Source of the DNA: Eledone cirrhosa
Lineage: Eukaryota
Assembly: GCA_964016885.1 (NCBI GenBank)
Contig: OZ024741.1
Span: 270,506,001-270,570,000 of the forward strand
Direction: 5' to 3'
DNA length: 64,000 nt
Within the stretch, counting starts at the first letter, position 1; every line of letters starts with the position of its first letter. A program made the position numbers and the translations under genes. Of this stretch, positions 1-11,352 are shown one piece after another. The notes below the pieces were generated by a model, which saw nothing but the letters and a program-made list of their open reading frames with translations, was not told the DNA's origin and did no database searches.

Positions 1-480
1 TTGTGGTTTTTCTCGCATGTGTATATATAAATATATATATATATATATATACATATACATGTATATAAATATATATATATACATATATATATATCATCAT
101 CATTGTTTAACGTCAATTTTCCACGCTAGCATGGGTTTAGACATACACATATATATATATTACTGTATGGAGTTAATCAACAGGAGTTGTGCAATCCACA
201 CTCCAATCAGTCAACAGTGATGTAAACACTCTATGACCTGCACCAATCCCTGTTAGTTATATATTTATATACGGGATAACAAGTTATCGTTGTAGGTAAT
301 CCTGTTAGAGTACTCCGTGTTGTGGATGGTTTTAACGTATGGCTAAGTTTGACTCAACAAGACGCTTCCATAGTGATGCAACGAGTGCGCGGTGATTTCT
401 ATGTAGGTTATACTTGGAGTAATAATAATTCAAGAAATAAGAGTAACATGGTTGGCTGTACAATAAGAGCTTTATTCACA

Positions 481-591
481 GTGCTGACAATTGTTTCGTT
501 GATCTGGTCGGTCTAGAGCTCGCTAATTGCTTGGTGTTGCGTCAATCGATCTACAATACTTTGTTTACAACCAGTCAATACATCAGAGTGC
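481..591 (-). ncRNA. Degenerate type-I hammerhead ribozyme-like motif, probably a Penelope-like pLTR remnant
   Basis: Minus strand reads GCACT-CTGATGT-ATTGACTGGTTG...CGACCAGATCAAC-GAAAC-AATT-GTC-AGCAC, then AATAAA (tttatt at 471-476). Long stem II and a palindromic stem III. Core A9 is mutated, and the stem I mismatches fit CpG decay of GCGCT/AGCGC. Confidence 0.45.
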
Positions 592-963
592 ATGGATATC
601 TACGCACTCTGATGTATTGATTACCCGCTTAAAGTGCTTGTATTGCATATAACACCCTGCCGCACAATAATCATATATAAATAAGACACACGTGCATGCC
701 CCACGTGTAACTAATGCATACAATAACTACTACAACTGACTAACAAATATCCTCTTGCATTATCTAGGTTAACTGCCGATGTTGTATTTTAATTTTAATT
801 TTGCTTTGATTCTGTTTTAATATGATTTTAATTTTTGAATTTAAATTGCCATTCAGAAATAATATAATATATGTCACCCCACTGTGCATCAATATATACA
901 TATGTATCTGTATGTCTCTTGCGTTGGAAAGGAGGTCATGAATGTATACAAACATTAAATAAT

Positions 964-1008
964 GCTCCGAAGATTCCAAACCTCGGTTTGGATGAAACAA
1001 TTGTAAGC
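964..1008 (+). ncRNA. Minimal type-I hammerhead ribozyme-like motif
   Basis: GCT-CCGAAGA-T-TCCAAAC-CTCG-GTTTGGA-T-GAAAC-AATT-GTA-AGC, then AATAAA at 1010-1015. 7-bp stem II, palindromic stem III (ACAATTGT), GUA cleavage triplet, U4C core variant. Confidence 0.6.
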
Positions 1009-1268
1009 TAATAAATGGTTTGAACATAACTTTGATTCCTGTGAATTCTATATAACTGCTCTGTAGAACAACTGATGTTATTACATTGAGCTATTTATCT
1101 TACTGGTAATAAGGTAGTAATAAATTACTGTCTTTCACTGTTTAGGGTTTAAAATATATATGACTATAAAAAGTTTTAGTATATACATAACCATAAATAA
1201 TATCCTTAATACTATATATATATATATATATATCAGGGAAAGGCGGACGTAAAATGATGATGATGATA

Positions 1269-2043
1269 TCTATATATTAATTTCAACAATGTCATTATTC
1301 CGTGTGTCATAATTCTCGATTATCATTGGTTCATAGGTTTCAAATGACTCCGCCCACCTCAACGACGCCAAACTTAAATTAATATGCATAATGCCAATGA
1401 GGGAGTGAGAGAGAGAGTAAGAAACAGAGAGGCAAAGTGAATGCTGTAACTATAACCATGTGTACGTGTGTATGTACGTGCGCATATGTTTATGTGTGTG
1501 CGCGTGCGTGCAGCGTTCCACAGAAAGTAAAAGCAATTCGACTTTATCAAACTGAACTACAGCGGTGACGGCATGCAGCCAGGAATGAAGAAAAACGGGC
1601 CAAACAGCGCCATTGGAACGCCGAACTTCAGAGGCGAAGATGTGTCGCCATGAATGAAGAGGAGCTGGATGAACAACGGCAACGAAACACTGGAGCCAAG
1701 CAGCGACGGCGTGCTGCGATGGTTGAAGACGAACTGGCTGAGCATCATCTTTTACAACCACGTCTATGCAATGATACACATTTTACAGTCAGGCAGAAGA
1801 TGAACCATCTCCTAGAGGTCACTATTCTAGGTGGGAGCACCTAGAATTGTTCATATATGCACAAACGGTACAACGAAGAATCTGGTATATCTGGAAGATT
1901 TTTTTAACTGTTTTTTTGTATCACACAGACACACGGACTCGCCTCATACTGTAACCAGACAAACATCCAATACAGTCATTTTCTCTTTTACCTGTCTTCT
2001 CTTATCATCTGTTTACCCGGGCGAAGCTGGGTACGTCAGCTAG
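1269..2043 (+). mobile_element. Non-autonomous Helitron
   Basis: 5' TC(TATATA) start. 3' subterminal hairpin ACCCGGGCGAAGCTGGGT then CTAG|T. Internal E/R-rich remnant (MNEEELDEQRQRNTGAKQRRRAAM) resembles RepHel N-terminal repeats. Confidence 0.6.
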
Positions 2044-2114
2044 TATATATATGTCATCATCATCATCATTTTACGTCCGCTTTTCCCTGCTTGCAAGGGT
2101 AGGACATATATATA

Positions 2115-2650
2115 TCTATATATATAAAAGCGAGGATGTGTGTGTGTGTGTGTCTGTGGACAAATTTGGACAGCTAAGGCTTTTACGATTCGCAACCGAA
2201 TTTGACCAAATTTTCTGTGCACGTTGCACCTGTCGCTAAGATGGTCACATCACAAAAAATTTTCAAATCGACCCACGTTGAGCAATAAAAAATCGATAGC
2301 AAGAATACATTTTCTCTTATTCTACTCTCATTGTTTGTTTTTTTTGCATACAACTCTGTTTTCATTACAACTTTTTCTACTTTAGCAAAACTGCCTGTTT
2401 TTTTTTTACAGATTTGCAATGTGTATTTTTCTTTAATCATTTGTATAACTACACCCTGTTCAGTGTTTTCCTTCATTATCAGCATAGTTTTATGTGTACA
2501 AAGATTGCACTAAATATTCGTTTGCATTAATTATTGAAGACTTCTGCTTATTTTGACAGGTTGGGGACAAATAATTTTCTTCTTTTACTTCCTAGCTGTA
2601 TATTCTTACCATAATTTCAAACCCCAGGCAACGCCGGGTAAATCTGCTAG
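2115..2650 (+). mobile_element. Non-autonomous Helitron
   Basis: A|TCTATATATATAAAA 5' end, (GT)n near the 5' end, 3' hairpin CCCAGGCAACGCCGGG then CTAG|T, no TSD. Confidence 0.65.
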
Positions 2651-3017
2651 TGTATATATATATACATATATGTGTTATATGACTTATTATCTTCGTTTTT
2701 TCGTTCATTGCCAGAGAACGTCTCTATGCACCACTTAGAGAACATTAGTCTATGACCTCTTTATACCATAAACGTGGTTCTGTCTTTTCGCGTAATTGTT
2801 TTTCACCGCTCCTATTAATGACGTATTATTCGTTTTTTCCCGTTCTTTGCCAGTGAACGTCACCATGAACCAAAGTATCGTCTTCCTGTCTTCCTCCGGT
2901 TGCCATGTTTTTTGAAATATCCAGTTCTGCGTTTACAGATTGACTTTGTTAGTTTCAGAAGATCCCGTTAAGGGTGAAAGCAGCGATTCTTTGCTTAAAC
3001 TTTAATCTGTTATTTTA

Positions 3018-3076
<59 letters not shown>

Positions 3077-3258
3077 CATATGTATATATATATATAGAAT
3101 ATTTTAGTATCGTGAGAGAGTAGAATGTTTAAACGGATAAGCGATACATATAGTTAGTTGCCATAAGCTGGTGTATTTGTGCTCAATAATTTTGCCTACA
3201 GGGTTAAATATCGGAAGTGTTAATATTTAGTGTGCGAGAATATAAGCACAGCAGTTAC

Positions 3259-3666
3259 AAATGAAAGAATTACGAAAGAGAATACAAACTGTTAGAACAT
3301 GTTTATACAATAAGCTGCTAAGTACGTTTCGCCCGAAAAGGGCTTCTTAAGGGCATACAAATCTAGAGAGTGTTCAATACAGAACCCAGAAGGGGTTTTA
3401 AGATGATAACCACATCGAAGTTTATGTTTGATTCAAACAGACATGGCTGTTTACATCACAGAGCCGTGATGTAAACAGCCATGTCTGTTTGAATCAAACA
3501 TGAACTTTCATGTGGTTATCATCTTAAAACCTCTTCTGGGTTCTGTATTGAACACTCTCTAGATTTGTATGCCCTTGAGAAGCCTTTTTCGGGCGAAACG
3601 TACTTAGGTGCTTATTGTATAAATATGTTCTAACAATCTGTATTCTCTTTCGTAATTCTTTCATTT
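3259..3666. repeat. Fold-back inverted repeat, 201-bp arms with a 6-nt loop
   Basis: 3259-3459 is the reverse complement of 3466-3666 with scattered mismatches; loop is AGAGCC. Confidence 0.95.
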
Positions 3667-3680
3667 ATATATATATATAT

Positions 3681-5411
3681 ATCATCATCATCATCGTTTA
3701 ACGTCCATCTTCCACCCTAGCATGGGTTTGGACGGGAGTTTTCCCACTTGAGGCAAGAGTGGTTGTCTCGCTCGTATAGGACTGTCTGGCGAGTTTTCTA
3801 CGGCTGGATGCCCTTTCTAACACCAACCACGTTTACAGTGTGGACTGGGAGGTTTTTACCGTGTTGCCTACACGGCCACATTACAGCGTGGACTGTGTGT
3901 TTTTTTGTCGTGACACCTGCACAACCTCATTTGTTTCGGCCTGGATGTTGTGGTACCAACATAACTTTGCATTGAAAGGGGTGGTGTGGATGGGTGGGGT
4001 TAGTGGGACGGGGGTGTATTTTTGTTAGAGGTGCCCACTGACTGTAGGTTTCGCTTTGTATTTAGGCAAGGCGGGTCTTCTGTATTACTGTGTAGCACCA
4101 AAGATCTCGGTCCAGTGACATTGTCTTGGAGAGGTGTGTGTGAGGTCGGAATTTATCAAGTCGTCCCAGGTTTTTCTGGGTCTGCCTACTCCGTGGCTAC
4201 CGTCTATTTTTATCGCCCTGCACTTTTTTTATACAGCTGTCGTCTTTCATGCGCATCACGTGACCGTACCAACATAGCCTTCTCTCGAGTAAACAACATC
4301 TGATCCCTCTTGTTCCTAATTTCTCCCTTAGTTCAATTATGCTTTGCCGTTCATGTATATTATTATTACACATCCAGCGGAACATGCAAGCTTCGTTCCT
4401 CTCCAGTCTGCGTATATCCTCTGCACACAAGGCCCATGTCTCACTGCCATGTAACATTGCTGTTCATATGCAGGCATCATACAGCCTGCCTTTCATTTTT
4501 AGAGAGAAACCTTTAGCGGCCAATAGTGCTATAAGCTCTCTGAACTTTTTCCATCCCGTTCTGACTCTAGCTACTGTACTTTCAGAGCACCCTCCATCAC
4601 TGCTGATTTTGTCACCCAGGTAACGGAAGGTGTCCACTATTTCTATAGAACCATCTGTGCAATGGAATGAGCTAGTATTCTGTGGGCACTTGCTGCTACT
4701 TATTGCACCAGAGCACCGGCCACATATAAAATCTATATTCTTAGTTAGCTTACCTGTGATCCCACTACATCTTTTATGCACCCATACTTTGCATTTGGGA
4801 CATAAAATGGAGTTTTTGCCTACTCCTTTCCTACACACTGAGCATGGCCATTTCCCAGATGGGACTGGTGCCCTATTTTCCTTCCTACAATCTAGAACTT
4901 TAGTCTTAGACAGGTTAATTTTAAGGCTTTTTGATTCTAGGCCATGCTTCCATGTTTGGAATTTCTTCTCTAGTTCAGCCATTGATTCAGCTATGAGCGT
5001 TAGATCATCTGCGTATAGGAGTTCCCATGGGCAGCCGGTCTTGAACTCCACTGTGATAGCCTGAAGGGCAATAATAAATAGTAGGGGGCTAAGAACGGAG
5101 CCCTGATGAACACCAACTTTTACACTAAACTCTTCACTATATTCGTTGTTAATTCTAACCTTGCTGACTGTTTCTTTATACATGGCTTGTATAGCTCTCA
5201 CAAGCCATTCATCAACACCTAGTTTACTAAGAGCCCACCAGATAATGGAGTCGGGCACATTGTCAAAGGCTTTCTCCAGGTCTACAAAAGCTAAGTATAG
5301 GGGTTTACTTTTAGCTACGTACTTCTCCTGTAGTTGTCGTACAATAAAATAAAAAGAGCGTCTGTGGTACTTTTACCTGACACAAACCCGAACTGCATTT
5401 CATCTAGATCA
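3681..5411 (-). mobile_element. 5'-truncated RTE-clade LINE (RT C-terminal half, 3' UTR, (GAT)n tail)
   Basis: ORFs 4464-5258 and 4197-4457 carry GVHQGSVLSPLLF, LLYADD, YLG and R..W.GHV.RM motifs. Tail GGACGTTAAACGATGATGAT on the minus strand at 3681-3710. Confidence 0.95.
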
Positions 5412-5426
5412 TATATATATATATAC

Positions 5427-5457
<31 letters not shown>

Positions 5458-5899
5458 ACTAACAGGGATTGGTGCAGGTCATAGAGTGATTTATCCTATT
5501 TACATCACTATTGACTGATTGGAGTGTGGATTGCACAACTCCATTTATCTATCTAATCTCTCTTTACAGACGATTTGTCGATTTGAGAAATGTAAGCAAA
5601 ACACTTGTCTTTCCATTTTTTTTCTCCGTAGTCCATTTGATGAGCAGTGTAGAATTCTAATTCTCCCTTTTTCTCTTGGATTTTCAATTAATATTTTACA
5701 TTTTTAAAAATAATATGCCTCATTCTATTTGGACCCTTCCTAAAAACTAACCTTCTCCTAAAGTTACCCATTTCCTGCCTTCCCACCCCTGCACACCACC
5801 AATGCTATATGGTCCAATCATAACTCAGCTGTTTATAGTAAGTTCTCTTACAAATCTGTATAGCAAAGCTACCTCCTCGGTTATTACTCCATAAGTTTA

Positions 5900-8800
5900 G
5901 ATCTGGTTGATTTTCAGTTTGCTAGGTGGACTGCGGAATTTGGAAAGTCTGAACACTCAATGACAATGTCACAGATAAAGATAAATTCACCTCTCGCTGC
6001 AGGACAAGAATGCAAGGACCCCCTCTTTATTTCAGACATGGATGACCAACATAATTCCATCTCCCACACCCCTCCAATCCATCCATCCCACCCTCCCAAC
6101 TTCAGAGTTGGTATCATGAATGTAGGCACAGTGAAAGGTCGCTCAAACGAGGTTGTAGAGATGCTTGAATGTAAAGAAGTTGATGTTTGTTGTATTCAAG
6201 AGACTAGGTGGAGAGGTAGGTCTGCTAGATTCATTGTGCGTAAAAAACGATGCTATAAACTTTTCTGGGTGGGAAATGACAACGGACTGGGTGGAGTAGG
6301 AATTATGTTAGCTGAAAAATGGGTAGATAAGGTAATTGAGTAAATAGAGTGAATGACAGAATAATTAAAATAAGACTAGTTCTAAATAGAACTACTGTGA
6401 CAATAATATCCACTTATGCACCCCAATCTGGTCTACCTGACGTTATAAAGGACAGGTTCTATGAGTCGCTAATGCACACTACCTCCCAAATAACCGACAG
6501 CGACTACTTAATTATTGCTGGCGAGCTAAACGGTCACGTTGGACAACATAGTGATGGCTATGATGGAATCCATGGAGGCTATGGGTTTGGTAATAGAAAT
6601 GAGGAAGGCTTCAGAATCCTGGAATTCTGTGACGCTAATAACCTAACTATCTGTAACACAAACTTCAAAAAACGAGAAAATCACTTGATCACCTATAGAT
6701 CAAGGGAACACGCCAGCTAGATAGATTATATCCTTACTAGAAGACGTGACAAAGTGTCTGTTGTAAACACTAAATCCCTCCTCCATGAAGAATGCACCTC
6801 CCAACATAGCCTAGTAGTTACTGACATCATAGTCAAGAATAGATGTACTCGACGGCAGAGGGGGACTACCTTGAAGAGAAGAATATGGAAGTTGAAGGAC
6901 CCCATAGCCAGTAACAAATAAAAGCTTATTACTTGATGCCTTTGACAATAAGGAAGAGCAATTAGAGACGTGCAATATAGAGGAATAGTGGGAATTCTTG
7001 AAAGTGAACCTGCTGAAAGCGACAGATGAAATCTGTGGCTGGAGCAGATCTATTGGCAGGAGGAGAGTAACTTGGTGGTGGAACAGTAAGGTGGAGGAGA
7101 CAATCAAGGCCAAAAAGCAGGCTTGGAAAGAATGGCAGGATGGGGGTAGTAGAGAACACTATCAAGTGGCCAGGAGAGAAGCTAGGAGACAAGTATACCT
7201 TGCAAAAAGGGAAGCAGAGGATAGAAAGTTCAAGCATGTCTTACAACGTGAGGACCAAAAACATGAGGTGTTCAGGATTGCTAGACAATGTGTCAAGGAA
7301 AATCGTGATATTGTCGGGGATAAGTGTGTCCATAATGATAATGATGTACTTGCCATCACTGATATTGATAAGAAGGTAGCTTGGAAGTATCACTACGAGA
7401 GACTATTAAATGAGGAGAAAAAATGGAAAAAAAATCGATCCAATAGAGGGACCAGCGGTGCAAGTTAAATGTAGTATAATAAGTATGGCAATCACAGATA
7501 TGAAGACAGGCAAGGCAACTGGGCCTTCGGAGATAGTTGCTGAGATGTTGAAAGCATCTGGAATGGTGGGACATACTATGGTCACCTGTATAGTAAACCA
7601 AGTAATACAGAATGGGGTCATACCAAAAGACTGGCGTAGCAGCATCATCATTAACTGCTACAAGGGTAAAGGGGATTCTCTAGATAGGGGAAACTATAGA
7701 GGCATTAAGTTTAGTTGACCAGGTCTTGAAGGTCACAGAAAGAGTTATAGCGCAACTAATCCGAGAGCGAATTGATCTAGATGAAATGCAGTTTGGGTTT
7801 GTGTCAGGTAAAAGTACCAAAGACGCTCTTTTCCTTGTACGACAACTACAGGAGAAGTACCTAGCTAAAAGTAAACCCCTCTACTTAGCTTTTGTAGACC
7901 TGGAGAAAGCCTTTGACAATGTGCCCCGCTCCATTATCTGGTGGGCTCTTAGAAAACTAGGTGTAGATGAATGGCTTGTGAGAGCTATACAAGCCATGTA
8001 TAAAGAAACAGTCAATAAGGTTAGAATTAACAATGAATATAGTGAAGAATTTAGTGTAAAAGTTGGTGTTCATCAAAGCTCTGTCCTTAGCCCCCTCCTA
8101 TTTATTACTGCCCTTCAGGCTATAACAGAGGAGCTTAAGACCGGCTACCCATGGGAACTCCTATAAACAGATGATCTAACTCTCATAGCTGAATTTATGG
8201 CTGAACTAGAATAGAAATTCCAAACATGGAAGCATGGCCTAGAATCAAAAGGCCTTAAAGTTAACTTGTCTAAGACTAAAGTTCTAGTTTGTAGAAAGGA
8301 AAATAGGGCACAGGTGCCCTCTGGGAAATGGCCATGCTCTGTGTAGGAAAGGAGTAGGTAGAAATTCCATTTTATGTCCCAAATGCAAAGTATGGGTACA
8401 TAAAAGATGTAGCGGGATCACAGGTAAACTATCTAAGAACGTAGATTGTATATGTGGCCATTGCTCAGGTGCAATAAGTAGCAAGTGCCCACAGGATACT
8501 AGCTCCTTCTATTGCCCAGATGGTTCTATAGAAATAGCGGACACTTTCTGTTACCTGGGTGACAAAATCAGCAGTGGTGGTGGGTGCTCTGAAAGTACAG
8601 TAGCCAGAGTCAGAACGGGATGGAAAAAGTTCAGAGAGCTTATACTGCTGTTGGCCACAAAAGGTTTCTCTCTAAAAATGAAAGGCAGCCTGTATGATGC
8701 CTGTATACGAACAGCAATGTTACATGACAGTGAGACATGGGCGTTGTGTGCAGAGGACCTGCGCTGACTGGAAAGGAACGAAGCATGCATGCTCAGTTGG

Positions 8801-9531
8801 ATGTGATATAGTAATATACATGAACGGCGAAGCATAAATGAACTAAGTGAGAAATTAGGAACAAGAGGGATCAGATGCTGTTTACTTGAGAGAATATTAT
8901 GTTGGTATGGTCATGTGATGCATATGAAAGATGACAGCTGTATAAAAAAGTGCAGGGCAATCTAAATTGATGGAAGTTACGGAGTAGGTAGACCCAGAAA
9001 AACCTGGGACGATTTGATAAATTCTGACCTTAGACAGTTGCACCTCTCTAAGACAATGACACTGGTCCGAGATCTCTGGCGCCACGCAGTAATACAGAAG
9101 ACCCGCCTTGCCTATGTACAAAGCAAAATCTAGTCAGTGGACACCTCTTAACTAAATATACACCCCAATCCACTACCCCTACTCTATCCTCCCACTCCCA
9201 CCAACACCACCCTCTCTCTCTGTAAAGTTGGTACCACAACATCCAGTCCAAATAAATGAGATAATGAGATAGAGATTGAGATCGTGTAGGTGTCACGACA
9301 AAAAATACACAGTCCACACTGTAATGTGGCTGTGTAGGTAACACGGTAAAAAGTTCCCAGTTCCACACTGTAAATGTGGTTGGTGTTAGGAAGGGCATCC
9401 AGCCGTAGAAAACCTGCCAGATAGTCCTATATGAGTGAGACACAGTCATCCGACCAACCTTGCCTCAAATTAGGACAACTCCAGTCTAACCCATGCTAGC
9501 GTGGAAGATGGACATTAAACGGTGATGATGA

Positions 9532-9535
<4 letters not shown>
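5900..9535 (+). mobile_element. Near-full-length decayed RTE-clade LINE (APE endonuclease + RT)
   Basis: APE motifs (NVGT, IQETRW, GGVG, YAPQ, G.LNGHVG) in 5960-6720. RT motifs (KATGP, NYRGI, QFGF, FVDLEKAFD, GVHQ) in 7410-8166. Several stops and frameshifts. 3' UTR and GATGAT tail end at about 9535. The 5' boundary is uncertain. Confidence 0.95.
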
Positions 9536-9602
<67 letters not shown>

Positions 9603-9611
9603 TATGTATAC

Positions 9612-10102
9612 CACTATTGGCCGCTAAAGGTTTCTCTCTAAAAATGAAAGGCAGACTGTATGATGCCTGCATATGAACAGCAATGTTACATGGCAGTAAG
9701 ACATGGGCATTGTGTGCAGATGATCTGCGCAGACTGGAGAGGAACGAAGCTTGCATGATCCGTTGGATGTGTAATAGTAATATTCGTGAATGGCAAAGCA
9801 AAAATGAACTAAGTGAGAAATTAGGAATAAGAGGGATCAGATGCTGTTTACTCGAGAGAAGACTACGTTGGTACGGTCACGTGATGTGCATGAAAGACGA
9901 CAGCTGCATAAAAAAGTGCAGGGCGATCAAAATAGATGGAAGCTACGGAGTAGGCAGACCCAGAAAAACCTGGGACGATTTGATAAATTCCAACCTAACA
10001 CACTTACACCTCTGCAAGACAATGTCACTGGACCAAGATGTTTGCCGCAACGCAGTAATACAGAAGACCCGCCTTGTCTAAGTACAAAGCGAAACCTACA
10101 GT
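9612..10102 (+). mobile_element. RTE LINE 3' fragment
   Basis: ORF 9683-10081 (MLHGSKTW...RLRWYGHV...GRPRKTW) is close to the copies at 4197-4520 and 8650-9120. Confidence 0.9.
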
Positions 10103-10514
10103 CAAAAATACACTCTTACAAAGCAGAGTATGATACAAGTATATATATACATATAGCTATATATATATATACACATATATATATGTATTTATATATATAT
10201 ACTTGTATACATACAAGTATATATATAAGTATATATATATATATATATAACTATATATATATATACACATACATACATACACAACATGATTGTATTTAAA
10301 GATTACGAGAGAGTGTAAACACAAGTGACCTATTTGAAAGCAAACCGAAAAGCTAGAATATAATCTAGTAGGAGTGAAATCTTTATGTTGACATCTGATT
10401 AAAATACCAACACAGCCATAGGAGAACCATTTTCTCAGTATATGTGTTCTTGTATTTTAGTCTCGGGCTCCCAAAAAATAGCTGGGTATGGAATAAGTCG
10501 GGGGGGAGAATTTG

Positions 10515-10790
10515 AATTTACAGTGTGGGCTAGGTGCTTTTTGTTGTGACACCTACACAACCACTTTACAGTGTGGACTGGGTGCTTTTTGTCATGATGC
10601 CTACACAACCACTTTACAGTGTGGACTGGATGCTTTTTTGTCATGACACCTACATGACCACATTACAGTGTGGGCTGGGTGCTTTTTGTCAGGACACCTA
10701 CACAACCACTTTACATTGTGGGCTGGGTGTTTTTTGTCAGGACACTACACAACCACTTTAGTGTGGGCCGAGTACTTTTTGTTGTGACAT
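10515..10790 (-). repeat. About 41-bp tandem repeat from the RTE 3' UTR
   Basis: About 6-7 units of TTTACAGTGTGGACTGGGTGCTTTTTGTC.TGACACCTACACAACCAC. The same unit occurs in RTE 3' UTRs and as an array at 18700-18930. Confidence 0.85.
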
Positions 10791-11115
10791 TAGTATTTAC
10801 ACAGGCTGTTCATACCGATGTTAAGGTATTGTTCTCAAAATATATAATATCAAAATCTATTAGATACATAGTTGATTGACCCTGAAAACATGAAAGTTGA
10901 CCTCGGCGACATTTGAACTCAGAGAAGACAGCCAGAAGGAATACTGCAAAGCATTTTATCTGATGTTCTAACAACGCTGCCAATTCACTGGCTTGTGACA
11001 ACATTTACCTAATTTTTGCTGGACCAGCAATCGCTCTGTATAATCAGCTCCTGATTATTACTGGAATTCTATAAGAATCCAGCTTCTATAATTTTTGGCG
11101 AAAGCAGGGGAGTAC

Positions 11116-11161
11116 GTGGCACTGATGAACGCCAAACAGCATGAAACAGACTGTCAGCTGC
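11116..11161 (+). ncRNA. Type-I hammerhead ribozyme-like motif with extended stem I
   Basis: GTGGCA-CTGATGA-ACGC-CAAACA-GCAT-GAAAC-AGACT-GTC-AGCTGC. Flanks TTTGGCGAAAG..AGGGGAG (from about 11094) pair with CTCCCTT-CTTTCGCCGAAA (to about 11181). Confidence 0.6.
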
Positions 11162-11352
11162 TCTCCCTTCTTTCGCCGAAAAGAAGTGACATAGTCACTA
11201 CTTTAAAAATGATAGCGTATGGTCTTCTAAATATTTTTAATTAAACATACGGTATATTGCCAAATATGCTATACATACATTCATATATATATATATATTA
11301 TATAATATATACATTATATAATGTATATATATTATATAATATACACATATAT

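Noticed and set aside
5960-8166. Active autonomous RTE element
   Set aside because: Multiple in-frame stops and frameshifts, including loss of the YADD motif region at about 8164.
10515-10790. CRISPR-like regular repeats
   Set aside because: The units are contiguous with no unique spacers, match the RTE 3' UTR, and there are no cas genes in this eukaryotic context.
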